From NCBI RefSeq assembly GCF_001949145.1, contig NW_019091362.1:1619838-1683837 (forward strand): 64,000 nucleotides of DNA, written 5' to 3'. The notes below the pieces were generated by a model. It had not been told where the DNA came from. It saw only the letters and a list, made by a program, of their open reading frames with translations, and did no database searches. Shown one piece after another: positions 1 through 14,075 of the stretch (position 1 is its first letter; each line of letters begins with the position of its first letter). Made by a program: the position numbers and the translations under genes. The DNA comes from Acanthaster planci (lineage: Eukaryota).

Positions 1-3000
1 TTTTTGAAGAGATTGAACACCAAATTAACTCTTTTCATTCGCGGATTAAAAATTTGAACACCTAGAATTATGTTGATGAATTAAATTAATGGAGTTTCAA
101 GAAACAAAGCTTTAATGTCTTGAGGAAAAGTATTTTTGAAACAGGATTGACATTTGACATGGCTCACACTTAGGACTGTTCTTGAACATTGTCACTTTGC
201 CGTGCCCTTCAAAAAATCTCAAACTTGGCAGCCAGCTTTTTTTCTAGAAAAGTGTTATCAAAGTGCTTTAACCATGTTTTCCAAACATAACTCTTTGTGG
301 GTTTGAGAACAAAATGTTTGCAGTGTTTTTGATGATCGGTAGAAAAAAAAAGACAAAACATCCTTCACTGTTAAGACTTCTTCCAAATATTTGTATGTCT
401 CTTATTAATCTAAGCATAAAAATCAAGTCCTTTCCTTTGAAATGACCCAATTTATAATGGCATTGAAAGTAAATTGAGGTGAAGTTTTTGAGAAGGTAGT
501 TGCTCACAGATCTAAGACTAGTGATAACTAATGGACCAAACTGAAAAACATCTAACTGAAATTGTACAGTGTTGATAAATTTTATACCATTCTTATATTT
601 GGCATATTTTTAATATTTTTAGGGCAAAAATTTAAAATGTTTGGAACTTTTGGATTATAGTACATTTTGACAGGCATCATGAACAAATGAAATGTTTTCT
701 GAAGTAGACAACGAAATATATATTTTCTAACTGTCTTTGAAGTCAGGGAAGGAAAGACCACTAAGTTGACATCAAAGCAAATTTTTGTTTTGTAAATTAG
801 TTTTTATTCAAGCAGCAAGATCACTTTAAAATGAAATGTAAACACTCTTGACAACTGGGAACTGTAAGTTCCAAGTGGAAGCTTGGTCAAGGTGACACAT
901 GATGAGCGGCAGCAGCCGGAATTCTCAACCCAAAAGATAATTTGACAAAATCAAGAAGGGGAAGAAATCAAAGAGAAGGTGATGTCAGTTGGCGGACGAA
1001 TTTAGAATACTCTGAAAATTGTAACAAGCACTAAAGTGGTCTGAAGTGTTTGCCCTCCTGTCCAAAGTCTACAACTGTTGCAACGTGCTCTCAGAAAAAT
1101 ACACAAGCGTCCCACATGAAAGGATATCAGGCACCTACTGTGCATAGACAAGTACACTCCAAAGTAACAAGTACATGACATTGCCACCAGTCTAGGACAT
1201 GTCCCTGTATACTCAGGCCATGTCCGAAACGGGCTTCCAGAGCTACGGCTAGGTCTATTGTCTACGCGTCTCCACGCATTTCCAATGAAGCGAAGACCTA
1301 GACCTAGCTCTAGACAAGAGATTTGGATGCAGCCTCTAATACATCTAATACTCATCATGTGCGAGTGGTGCACATGAACCAGCGAGATGCAGGTCTTAAG
1401 ACTGTGGTATTGGGGCTCATGAAAAAAAGATCACATTTTGGGGCTGTTGGTCCAGTTTGAGTATTTGGACAGTCCATCAGTTTGACAGCCATGACCTTAA
1501 TTGGTTCTGATCACAGCTCCAGTCAATGTTTGTTTCATAAAGGTCAGCATTAGAGACCCAGATTTCTGCTCTGATATTCAGGATTTAATGAAAGCAGTGA
1601 AAACTGGCCTTCAGGTCAACCGTCTCATTCCATATTGAAAGTCTCCACTATAGTACACCAACAACATAATACCCAAGGTGTTGGATGATCTTTGGCTTTG
1701 CCTTGAGATCAAGGTTGAGTTCCTGGAATAGGCCAATGAAATGCCATGGCTAAATGAATATTTATGAGGTGTAGTAATAATGTCTATTGATAAGCACCAG
1801 TGGACTGACGTGCAGAAGTTGTTTGCTTGCTTTCCTACTTTGAACAGCGCCCTCTTACGTTTGTGAATGAAGTCCACCACACCACTGAATACATACATAG
1901 TGCAACACACAAGGTTTTATGTTGGAGAATTTCCCCATGGCTTCTCAAACTGCTTCAACTTAGATACCGACCCCCCAGATTAAGATGGAAGAACTTTGTT
2001 AATTACCTCAACATCTGATCTTTTATTAATAAGATACCTATGTTATCTACTGCTATAAGGTAACCACTGTAGTGTACCCCTATACATGTACACGTATGTA
2101 TGAGACTTGTAAACAGTGAGTTCAAGCATACATTTCTCACAAGATTATATATATTAATAAATATTATAAGGCTATCTTCAGTAGATAATTTGCATACTTT
2201 TATACAAACATGCCGGTAGGATTTTTTAAAATAAATGTTTGATTTTTTTAAAAATGCACAAAAAATTTCCATCGAGCGTAAGAACAAATTTTAGAGAAGT
2301 CTATCCAAATTCATTCCAGATTTTCAAAGTAAAAAAGAAGCAAGAGAAATTGGCAACAAATATTCCCCCTGTAAAAATGAAAAATATAAGTTTGAGTCAT
2401 CATGCCCCAGGCAAGTTAATGTAAATATATATTTAAGAGGAGTTTTTCTTCTAGATTACATTTGTTTCAAGAGTCTTAATGTTTATACCTTTTTTGTGCA
2501 AGTTATTTTTTTTACAAGTGGCATCCATTGATGAGTTCAACAAATTTTCAGTAAAATGTAAAAATATGAAACCTCTCCATTGCTAGTTTTTCGTTCATTT
2601 TACACTGGTTCCTACACTTACTCATCAGATATACACAAACATATATATCTTGGTATATTAGTTTTTAACAAAAATGCATGAATTTCAGAATAAACAGAAG
2701 GTGATACCATGCACTCTAATTGCTGTTCATTCTTGAATTACGGCTGAATACAGATGTGTATTGTCACACTTCACCACTTCATACATTTTAATTAATGTTA
2801 ATGTAATAAGAAGGCTAAAGAGGTCAGTTCAATTAGTCTTGTACCAGAAGTATGACCACATTAGACAGCTGATCTGTCACTGGCATTGTAGCAAGCTGTG
2901 ATGTGTGTGTGCAGACTTGAACAAATACTACAAAGTCTGAGCTCAGCTTCATGAAGTTTCCCAGAAAATGATCCTAAAGTATAATAGCGTGCTACAAGGC

Positions 3001-3184
3001 CCCCTTCCAAAAACAAATCAGTTCCCAACCTGTCCGTTCAGCTTATTGTAAGTATAAAATCTCTGCTGACCACAGCAGAAATTTAGACTCTGAAGGTCGC
3101 AGCATTTCAGGGTCAAAAGAAAATTACTTTTGTCCATACATGTACATTTTTTTTCAAAGATGTACTTTGCGTTGGGGCAATGTT

Positions 3185-3510
3185 TATTTTCAATGACGGC
3201 TTTTGCCCTTACACTGACGGATATCCATAACACGGTGTATGCAGTGTTGTCCAAGAACTTGCTGAAAAAAAAATTCACAGGCTTACTGGTCTGGGACTTG
3301 AACCCATGACCTCCTGCCGGACTGGCCAGCCAATCCTGGTGAGCTTGGTGGTCGAGTGGTGAAGATACTTGGACTAGTAAGAAGGAGAGGTTGGGTCCCA
3401 TCCAAGTAAGCTTGTGAATTTTTGCACGAGCTCGCGGACAACACAAAAAAGTGCACAGTGTTATGGCTGCACATTGATGTATGGGGAAAAACACCCCATG
3501 ATTCAAAATC
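3185..3510. mobile_element. foldback element with inverted tRNA-like cores
   Basis: Arms CCATAACAC..GTGTTGTCC..AAATTCACAGGCTTACT..GGGAC and GTCCC..AGTAAGCTTGTGAATTT..GGACAACAC..GTGTTATGG. B-box-like GGGTTCAAGTCC on minus, A-box-like TGGTCGAGTGG on plus. Confidence 0.6.
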
Positions 3511-3827
3511 AACGTACACGTAGCAAAGTTTAGTTTTCTCTTGCATGAGTCCCGAATCACCCGTGTCTACACCTGAATTATCTGAATCAAACATACCCGT
3601 TTCAAAACATTACCTGTCATGAACTCTTTACAAACACCCTCGCAGGAATCAAAGTTTGCAAGTCTGGCTATAAGCATTTTCTGTGTATTTTTTTCTCGTT
3701 AATTACCACTGGATGCAATATTCAAATGTCATCACCTGATTTATGAGACTTTTCCTTATGGGCATGCATGCCCGAGGAATTCCTCAATACCTTCTGGCAA
3801 TACTTGACAGGCAAATCTAAAGCAAAT

Positions 3828-4553
3828 GGGTCATATGAATAAAAAGTAGCATGTGCTTTTACTACCATATTTGAAGCATTTCCTCGTGTTTGTATGAATA
3901 ATAACGAAGCAAATGCTTTTACTTTGGTGCAATTGTTAAAAAGTAAAAGTATTTAGTTCTTACTCTTTAAGATTGTGCTTGACAATAAGCAGTTGCTTCA
4001 TTTTGTATGAGTAAAAACGAGTCAGTTCTACAGAATTGGAGTATTTACTTGACATTTTTCCAAGACTGGGTCAGGGCAAGCTTGAGAACGAGGAGCATTT
4101 ACTTATGTTCAGGATGGCAGCGTTCATGAATATCATATGAAAGGAAAGGCTGTATGCCTTTAGGAGGGAATCTCAAGAAGCCAGATGCAGGCAGTTGTAC
4201 CGATTTGAGAGTAGCAGAGAAATTTTCTTCATGAAGGTTTTTGCGATCAAAATTACTGCCACCCTGCTTATCTGCCATGCTGAGGTCCCAAGATACAGCA
4301 CTGTGCTGCACTGTGTGTGTCTGCAGGTGCAGACAGTGGAATCCCTATTGTGCAAAACCGTTTGGCTGTGACGTCAGCCACAAGCATAAAGCATTTGCTA
4401 CTATTTGTATAAGCAGATGCTGAACAGTAAAAGAAACATTTTATTCATACAAATTCAAGCAATTGCTTATTCTTAATGCTTTTACTTCTCAGTAAATGCT
4501 TTTGCTGTTTGCTTGAACTTCATAGTATTTGCTAGTTTTTATTCATACGACCC
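3828..4553. mobile_element. PIF/Harbinger-like MITE
   Basis: TIR GGGTC(A/G)TATGAATAAAAA(G/C)TAGCA at both ends; 3-bp TSD AAT. Confidence 0.8.
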
Positions 4554-6068
4554 AATGTGTCAGTTGAGTTGCTACATTTTTTCTATAAAATCTATATTTG
4601 ACGCGAGTATGTGTTGGTATCAGTCACATCCAAGAAGAGTAATGTAATGGACAGGTTTTAAAGTTTACTGGAAATGTAAGAGCTGTGAAAGCATATTTTC
4701 CCTTTGTAATTATCTACATCACTAGTTCATTAATCCTGTAAACAATCAACAGTCAGAAGTTCCTTGTCTAAATCTTAATTATCCATGCAATACATCAATC
4801 ATAATACAGCAAATAATAACTGAAACTGAATAGTATGTGCCAACGTCCACGGCTGTGAATGTTGGGACATATTCAAGGGAATATTTTAAAAGCAAAATTA
4901 ATATTCTTCATTTTAGGTCGGTCTTTAAAGAGCTACATGCATTGTTTGGCATGCACAAGGGTTTATCCACTACAAACACAGGGCGAGGGATCCCCTCATT
5001 TTCTCTGTTTTCAATGAATGATGCAATCTACATTCAGAATTCGCATCTTGGCATGAACCAAAAAAACCCTTTTTAGCTTGTTATAGTTCAGCTTTGAAGA
5101 CGAATGACTCTGCGTTCGATTTGGATGCTTCCATATTTATGTGAACAGATAAAATTAGAGAAAACATGTTTTCCTTAGAGGTGCCTTTTAAAGTCAAGGT
5201 GCTTATAGGAAGACCTTAAGTTGATTCATTCTGAGTGAATATCAGAAAATTAATAGCTGTTTTTTATTGTTTTATTTTTATTTGTTTTTACTATATCTTT
5301 TTTGAAGGCCTGCACAATTAACTTTGCTTTAGTTGCTTGAATATTAAGGACCAAAGCAATCAGATGACAATACCTGATTCAAGTCTAACCCCCAGACAAC
5401 CCTATTAGATTGGAGGTGGGTTTGCACACGCCTCGTCTGTGTACTGATCTTGTACAAACAGAAATATCAGATGTAGAAATTGCACAGCCAAAGAGAAATG
5501 TTTACCCATCAATTCAGCATAATGAAAATCAATTGATCAACCAGTTCAATAACAGCGGGTAAAGGTAAAAATCAGTGGACTTTGTTCCCGATTGTGTCAT
5601 AACTTTGCTTCAATCCATTCATGCACGTTACTTACCTTTTTCTTTGCATATGATAAGTTTGTACCGTGGGAGGTTTTCTCTTTTTCTTTCTTTATTAAGC
5701 TGGCTCAGCTTGATTTGGTTTTAACTAGCTCAGTTCACAAACTCTAATTAACTTGCCCCTGTCTGGTAGACTTCACTTGCTAAGGGTCCATTTGTGGTTA
5801 GTTCACTGACACCAGAACTGTGTAATGGATAAAATGAGCCAGCCTTGAAACCACTGAATGAGATGTAGATCCATGTGAAATAAACAGGACCTAAGTTTCA
5901 AAGAGGATCGATGCAAAATCAGGGAGATACTTCATACTCTCAAGTGGGAGAAAAAAAAAGGACCAGTTTACATGCTCAGACCGAGATCTGGTTATAAAAC
6001 AAATCTGTCTTCTCTTCTGATGTATGGTTGGATATGGAAGAGTTTGGGTTACGAGGTAAACCTCCTTT

Positions 6069-6155
6069 TCAAGTGGTACTTTTCTCATCAAGCTGAATGG
6101 CACCAGCTCTGTCCTTTTCGTCCACTTCAGTGGGCAGGGCTTGAAAGTCATGCAT
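6069..6155 (-). CDS. FLVCR: probable FLVCR terminal coding exon
   Basis: Strong acceptor tttttttttcctcag. The phase-0 frame reads MHDFQALPTEVDEKDRAGAIQLDEKSTT*, joins exon 9 and gives a 1629-nt CDS. No homology anchor, so less certain. Confidence 0.6.
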   Translation of the reverse strand: MHDFQALPTEVDEKDRAGAIQLDEKSTT

Positions 6156-8313
6156 CTGAGGAAAAAAAAAATTAAAAGCCTACATTTTTGGAACTTGAAA
6201 CAGACAAAAACAATGTGTAACCCAGAGAAAGGCAGGTAGCTATTTGATCAGTAGACGTTTTCTTGATTAGTTGGTCAGCCTTCATGAATGGGCATATTTG
6301 CAACATTCTGAAATGGGAAAATTGTGTTCACCAGTATCATTTCAAATGCAAGGCGTTGCATTTCCCATTGTTCCTGTAACACAAGAGACTTAGGGAACTT
6401 TCACCACTTTGGTAAATTTGAGGACAAGAATTATCCTTTTTGTACCTTTTTGGATAGGCATGCATGCAGTCTTAACACCAAGTTTTCTTGATAACCCGGT
6501 TGAGATCATGGAGCAAGCACCATGTCTGGAGGCATTCCCAAAGTCTCAAAACCTGTCCCAAATTTTGGTGACAGTGTAATTGTTTTCTCGACATGCCCCT
6601 CCCCCCCTGACAAAAAGACTGTTACTGTCTGCATTTTTTTCCAAATAATATCACCCCAGTGTGGCAAAATGATGAATATAAATTATGGTTAACGGTGGTC
6701 ATTGCTACCTGTCTGATTCACACTCCATAGTACCGAACAAGCACATTTTGGTGAAAACGCAGGACATTTTTTTCATAAGTGCACGTATGTCATGATTAAT
6801 GAAGTACACATATGTATCGATGCCTGTACAGTACCAAATGATGTACATGTTTGCTGAATTATAATGAAGTACAGGTGATGCTGAAGTAACAGAAGGGTTA
6901 CCATGTATTGACAATGACAACAAACCAGAGTTACAATTCCTTACATGTAAAGGTTTTTTTTTTAGATTTAATGAATTGAATTTCCCTACTCTATCCCTAA
7001 CCCGACAGTACTACGAATTACTAGTTGTAGTAAAATGTTGTTCTCAGCGCTGTCACTTGTAAGAGGACGTGACCTTATTGTACTCTGAAGCCATAAAATA
7101 CAATAGATAAGACAATGTACCATGCAGTGCTGTGGCACTATGAATGCATGGCTTTATTGTTCTCTGTACAAGTAACAATGGAAGTAACCTAGCCAGAAGT
7201 AGTAATCTATAGCGCGAGGTCCTTCAGGCTCAGGCTATTACTTAGTATTTTGTAGCACTGTAGCACTGTGTAGTGTAAGCCAAACAATGTGCTTGGCGGT
7301 TAGGGCTATAACACTATTCAATAAGTGCTGGTTTCATTTGCAAGTCATTAGTTAAGGTCATAAAACTTGTAACTCGTTGCTTTTAGAATTATTCATCTGT
7401 AGCCTTCTGGCACTATGCAAAAACATAATCGTAGCTGCCACCCACCAACTGTTTTGAGGGAAGAAGGAGTTACATAGCAAAACAGGGAAATCCAGTCAAG
7501 AAGTTTTCTTCAATTTGAAAAAATGTGTGCACAGAAATCTGTGGGATTCATTTAGCATGTGAATACTTCTATGACTGATGGTGCAGAGCCATGACTTTTT
7601 CTGTCTTTTTGCACTTGTGCTTTGAAAGGGAACAGTTGCAATGGAAATGCCATTTATTGCGACGTGAACATGTTGACTTTGGGAGAAATTTGTGGAACTG
7701 CTTGGCATGCAGATTTACAAAGCACCACAAAAATCTGCTTAGCCAGTTAGCATTGTGTAACTTTGCTAAGCTAAATCTTGGAGTTAGCAGCTGAATAATG
7801 GGAGGTCCCATGGGGCCCAATGGTAGGAGCTAATAAGTTCAAAAATCTGCTTAGCAGGGAAAATATTTGCTTAGCAAAAACAGGTTACAAGTCAAAATGT
7901 CACACACCATATACTTATTGTAAATGGTCCCCCCATGATGCTTATAGCAATTTTTCTTAGCAGTACTTCATGCTTAGCAGCTGTATAAATTTGGAACCCA
8001 GTGGTGTTCAAACTTCATGGACAAATTCCTTGACACTGCTTGGCACAACAGTATTGTATGCATTGCTGCAATCATCAACAGGTTGCCAATTAAGAACATT
8101 TGGCGAGCAGCATTTCTTGTTAGGGAGCTTCAGGAACTCTGATCCAAATAGGAGTGGTCTAGTTACCATCAGAAATGGCTACCAGCCTCATCATCTCTTT
8201 ACATTATAACTAAGGTTTGCTTTTAGAATGAACTTTAAATGGAGGAAACAAATAGGTATGTGGTACAAGTTACCTTTTAAACCAAAATTTTGAAGAGAAT
8301 CTGAGTGATTGTA

Positions 8314-9185
8314 TGGCATTCCATATCTGCCGTCGTTCGTCACTCGTCGTCTGTCACGTACCGTGTGTCGTCCGTCGCCTGTCGCTTTTTTTTGTCACGC
8401 TTGTGCCGTGCTATTTTTCACTTTGATCCTTGATCTTTTTACATACTTGTTCGATTGATCCCCCATGCCTGTCTGTCCTTCCACGATATCCCAACAGATC
8501 GTACTCCCGGAAATACAAGAGTAACTTTGAACTAAATGTATATAATAAATTACTTACAATGTTCGACTCCTTAATATCTTTTATAAGAGGCAAACTGATT
8601 CAACATTATTTTGAGGCGGGTATACGTATACCTACGATGAAATCTGCCAAATTAGACATGACTTAAGTTGCATGTAGGCACACAGAAATCTTTTAAACAG
8701 TAATGTTACTTTGTTAGCCCCATAAATAGTGCTGACATGCGGGATTACCTGTGCTCATTGGCCTATCCACCGTGGCATACACACCCACAAAATCCAACAT
8801 GTTATATTTTCTTAAACTTAAACCAAGTGATAATTGCCCCCTATAACATTCAAAAACAGTTACTTATCCACAGCACAATTGACAAAAACAATTTACTGTC
8901 TAGTATTTGTGGATTTCAAGGTGAAATTGAGAGGAGAAAATGGAATGTCTGTTTCGGCTGGCTGATTTCTTTCTAGAATTTCATGAAAACAAGTCAGCAC
9001 ATTTTCACAGTAGGCAAGAGCGAATAGAACTGCGGATAAGTTTGCCTAAACATTTTTGTGGAAAATTCTATTTTGGTAAAAAACCCTTGGTTGAATTCTC
9101 AGAAAGACGACGCGTGATGGACGATGCACGACAGGCGACCCATGACAGGCGACGTACGACGGGTGACGGCAAATATGGAATTCCA
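8314..9185. mobile_element. TIR element with (GTC/GAC)-rich subterminal repeats
   Basis: TIR TGG(C/A)ATTCCATAT(C/T)TGCCGTC; CpG-rich ends inside a CpG-poor intron. Confidence 0.7.
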
Positions 9186-11246
9186 CAGGATTGTTCTCAT
9201 AGGATTGTCCATCAGAATTCTCTAGGGCCAATATTAACTGTAAACAGTCCTTAAGAACACTTTTCATCACGTAGAACCCAGTTTTGCTGCCTTCTGTCAT
9301 CAGTTTTTTATAAACTATTGTAGCAAGCCATCATATGTCAGATATTGCATTTTGTATTTATTTTGGAAAGCGTACGAATATGAGAGAAATGGTAAATGCG
9401 GCAAATTTCACAATGGCGATCACTATTGGTGAAATGGAATAGGTATATTTATGTCAAGCATATAGCATGGAGCCTGGGTAAACATGATTTTCTTCAATTG
9501 GTGTTAAATGCCAGCCATATGTTTGGTTTTTCACTGATGATGGTAACGGCAGACTCTGACCCAGACCACTAAAGCTCACACCAACTGCAGCCACCAAGGA
9601 ACACCCCCCCATGATAATTTCAGAACTTTCTCATCATGCCCAGTAAAGATTTATTAAATGTTGGCGCTGAGCTTAGGAGGCTCAGGCAAGTATGCATTCA
9701 CCTTGCCTGTGGGGCCGACTGAGAAAAATTGACTCGTCTCAGCTGGCAGATGGAAAATAAAAATCAGCCTGAAGACATGCATAAATTTGTAGAATAAACA
9801 AGACCAGAATGACTGGAATTCTTTGCTAGAATTCAGCAGCCACACCTCTCGCAAGTGACCCCTTTAATTAAACATGCATATTTCAAGTTTTGTTTTTAGA
9901 GATATACCTATTATATCTCTCTCTTCACTTGCTGAATTTTTATCTCGTACATATTGATCAAACAATGAGAAAGAGTTTTGTGTTTTTATTTGATCATTCA
10001 ATAAATTTTCTCATTTCCAATGTAAATTTTTGCTGGTAGAACTAAGCTCTATACATGCAAATAGGCCAAATTCATGTTCAAGTTTATAGATACAGTGAAC
10101 TCTACAGTTGACAATATCTGTACAATATTGTGTTTCTCATTCCAACCATCGCTGATAGGACTTGCAGAAAGGTGATGCAAACATTCCAACATCCCCCGCC
10201 TCTCTTTGTCAAAGCCAAGTTAATGCCGAGTTCAATAGGATATTTCATGTACATGTATATGTGTGAAATGAGACTCATCTACATACTTGCAGTTTGAGCA
10301 GTGCTGCTGTTGCCTGATAAATCACTGTGAACCTATAAAAATGAACTTAGCGATCAAGACTTCTTTCAAAACGTCAGTGGCATTATCCAGGTTTTAAGAG
10401 GGGGACAGTTTTTTCTGAAACAAAATTTCACTTTTTTCATCCATAAATGAATTTCCCCCAATGGAAGATGTTTGTGGGCCTGCTGTTACTGAAGTGCTGG
10501 TATTTTCAATACCGTGAAAAAGTTGGCAACATGTCGGGGAGGGGGGGGCACAGAGTGAGACAGGATGGGGTGGATGGAGAAACCCCCTGGATACACCACT
10601 TCAAACTATCAAGAAATGTGGATCATTGGATGTGAGAAATTACATATTAAAAGATCTTTCAAAATGTGGTTTTTTTATTTTACATCAAACACTGACAAAA
10701 TTTCAGATGAATCAATTTTACATGTCTTTTTTGTTGGGTATTGGCCAAAGAAACCCATCAAAAATTCTTTGTGTCAGACGGAAGTATTTTCTTTAGCAGC
10801 AGACCATGTAATACAGAGAAAACATCAAAGAATGACATGCATAGCAAATTTGAAAGTATAAAGGCACAATCAATAATCCTAATCTATGTTTGATAAGGAT
10901 TATAAGAGTTCTGTGATTCGATCCATTTTTTCCCTCAACTTTGATATAAAATTTTAATTTTTGTGCCTCGAGTCTGTGGTCTTGCACAGACAACCTTTTA
11001 CAATGCATCCTTCACGCTAGCTGCATAACTGCTGTGTAAATACAATGGCCAGTGGATATGCAAACACTTTCATTTAGTGCAATGACATTCAATATGTGCA
11101 CATCTGTGCTCACTCTTGTCATGGATGGTTATTTACGTGATCAGTAAACGCTCAACAACTGTTATTTTAAATTTATCATAAAAGTCAAACACAAAAAGGA
11201 CATACGTTTTTGTATCAAGAATAAAATTCCTGGGGGAAAAACTTAC

Positions 11247-11287
11247 TCTTTCCGCCTGTTGTCTTCTGAGGTCAGATTTGATGAACA
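11247..11287 (-). CDS. FLVCR: FLVCR exon 9 (41 nt)
   Basis: aacctgcag|(M)FIKSDLRRQQAER|gtaagt. IKSDLRR follows the last TM helix in FLVCR proteins. Confidence 0.9.
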
Positions 11288-11679
11288 CTGCAGGTTAAAT
11301 TAATAGGAAGGAAAGAATATGTGAAACACAGAAAAAAAATAGTACCAGTGTGCAACTTCACAACTTTGATGCGGAAAAAATTACATTGGGGCATTCAGTG
11401 CAACCCTTCGCACACAAAACAGAGGTTTCTGCCTTGCGATGTGACATGAAGTTTTCATTGTGTTTGTGTCTAACCCCTTTGACCCCAAAACAGCTTTGGG
11501 GAAATACCTTCCAGAAGAAGAACATTCTATTAAAAATATCTGTTCAGTAAGCTAGTCTGATAACCATCCCAAATAGAAATTCACCATCCTTCCTTTTCCT
11601 GCCTAGCAGTTTTGCATGCTCAGTTGATGACACCAGCCAAGGGAGTGATAGTGCTGGCTTGACTTTAATAAGTTTTTCA

Positions 11680-12084
11680 TTTATTAAGCGCAAATTTCAT
11701 ATAGATATGTTCATTTCATATAGATATGTTCATTTCATATAGATATGTTCATTTCATATAGATATGTTCAAATGCGCTGTACAATGAAGACATTAAGCGT
11801 GGAACAATGAATACATTTAAACATGGTTGAGTTGATGGCATACAAGGGCGCCTCGGGCAGCCGCCAAACGACCCACATTCACCAACATCAGTAAAGAGGA
11901 GACAGTAAGAAGCAAATACAGTTTTAGAGGGGGGAGGAGAACCCCAGAGGAATATTCTGGGTAAAACCCACAGTGTCAGGTAGGGACTGAAACCCAATCC
12001 ACTTGTGGACTGGGCCGGGAATCGAACCCGGAACCACAGAGGTGGAAGGCGAGGAAAGAACTACCTTGCCAACCTGACTCCCCC
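11680..12084 (-). mobile_element. tRNA-derived SINE
   Basis: 5' GGGGAGTCAGGTTGGC head, B box GGTTCGATTCC (12018-12028) and a LINE-like tail TGTACAGCGC...GCGCTTAATAAAT. Confidence 0.7.
11695..11770. repeat. 4 x 19-bp perfect tandem repeat in the SINE tail
   Basis: TTTCATATAGATATGTTCA repeated four times with no spacers. Confidence 0.95.
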
Positions 12085-12696
12085 AAATGTTACATTTACG
12101 TTAATCTTATCTACATTTGGCATAATAAAAGTGTTCAGATTTATATAACGGGTTTTGCCCTTACCCAGTGTATGTATTAATAATAAACACTGTATGCTCA
12201 GTGCTCGTCCAAGAGCTTGCGAAAAGGTCACAAGCCTACTCGGGTTTACCTTTTACCTTTTCGCAAATTAACATCTCCCCAATGCAAAAAAAATACATCT
12301 TGAAAAAAAAAAAGTGTTAAGAGTCGACGAAGTAGGCAGTGGTATTCATTCACTGCTGGTATAGCAACTTTCATAAGTACCCTACTGAAATAAACACGGG
12401 TACCTGCCACTCCCCCTTCCCATAAAAGCAAATGTGAACATGTATTCAACTACCCTAGATGACATCTGTTTTTACTTTCGATGTTATTTTAAATTTCAAC
12501 ACCAAAACCTTTCTAATACCTTCAACTATCAGTGTCTGAATAGTTACAAAGTAATTCGTAAAGGGATGGCAGTTACTCGGTGCCATAATTTAGAACTCAT
12601 TCCTGATATCACCTGTCTGGTAATCAGATACCTAGCTCTGTTTCTTAGCCCTGCAATGGGAGACTTTGAGACACTTGGTGGTGGCAGATCGTCGGA

Positions 12697-13038
12697 TGCC
12701 CAGCATAAGGGCGTAAGCACACTTACACCCTTTCGCCGGGAAGCATGATCACAACAGAAGCATGTTCCCAGCAAAAGGGTGTAAGAAACACTCTCTCTTT
12801 ATTTAGTAAGAACGGATATAATTTACTACAAAATAAACCTGGGCTGTACAAAAAGCAACCTTTGAACAATTTATTAAAGGACTTGGGCATTTTTCTTTTT
12901 TCTTTTTGCCATGAAATCTTCATTTTTCAGTAAAATACAATAGTTGCATACTTTCGTCTTTTTGCCGGGAAAAGTTTTTTTGCAGTGATCATGCTTCCCG
13001 GCAAAAGGGCCAAAGCGCTTACACCCTTCTGCCGGGCA
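12697..13038. mobile_element. palindromic MITE
   Basis: TIR TGCCC(A/G)GCA(T/G)AAGGG(C/T)GTAAGC plus inner inverted GCCGGGAAGCATGATCAC. Confidence 0.7.
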
Positions 13039-13219
13039 CACAGCGAGATATAATGGTCCTTTTTGGTTGATGTGGGCATGCAAGTGCAGTTTTAGCCATG
13101 CGTGTTAGTTCTGAGCACGCACACAACCGTGGAGAAGGACCGGTTTGTCTGCCGCCACCATGCATCTCAAAGTCTTCCGCTGAGCTTTTACTTTCCAAAA
13201 AAACACCTTGCAGACTTAC

Positions 13220-13331
13220 TGGTCAGGATGCAACCAACCAGCACGGCTCCACATAGGAAGAGGTTTGCTGCCACCGTGCCTAAGTTGGTTAACAGCGTTC
13301 CCATTATCATCGTGAAAATGATCCCAAATAA
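13220..13331 (-). CDS. FLVCR: FLVCR exon 8 (112 nt)
   Basis: gatgcag|LFGIIFTMIMGTLLTNLGTVAANLFLCGAVLVGCILT A|gtaagt. Confidence 0.92.
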
Positions 13332-14075
13332 CTGCATCCAAAAACATGAAAGACAAAACAGCCAAACTTTTTGAAAATATTTTGAATATTTATATTTAAA
13401 AAATATGCCCAACTGCACAGTTTAACCCTCGCTTTGCCACACTCCGGAATAATATGCTTCAACTTTAGCAGGTATGTACAAAGCCTTAAATGAGCAAAAA
13501 TGTAGGGGGGAAAAAAATCAAACGAATTTATGTGTAGTGCAGCCACACATGAGTCATGTCTGTGTTGTAGAGGTTTCCACGGTCACTGATACTCGGAGCA
13601 ATTAACACAATGGCATAGGATGTGCACGTGTTAAGTCTTGCTTTTATTTCAGTTGACCTGAACGTGACCCTTCCTGTAATAACAAAGATAGGAAATAATG
13701 TGGTTGTCCCTGGACCTGGCAGGAACTCAATAAGGCCATACAATTTGTTGTGTACTGTGTTCTTTGCCCAACTGGCATGGTGCTATTTTTTTAATACTAG
13801 GCATTTTGTGTCACAATTTTTCTTTATAAATGATGTATTTCAGTGACTTCTAATGACATGTATTTGTAATTTTCTGTTTTCACAAGTTGCTAGTGATAAC
13901 AATCATTTGGACAGATTCAAAGGACGGATCCAGAACCAATTTTGAAAAGGTGGAGCTGGGGCCAAATATTGAAGGGTTTTCATGTAGTCTAAGGCATTTT
14001 ACACACTTTGAGAGATAGGAAAATTAAAAAGAAATCAAAAACAAAAACAAACACCAAAAAGAAATTTGATTCTGT

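Noticed and set aside
9702..9742. Possible 41-nt FLVCR cassette exon (ccag...AAG|gtgaat)
   Set aside because: Frame-compatible only together with 10287-10332. No homology support, and the context looks like a decayed repeat.
11695..11770. Regular 19-bp repeats as a CRISPR array
   Set aside because: No spacers, eukaryotic context; it is a slippage repeat inside a SINE tail.
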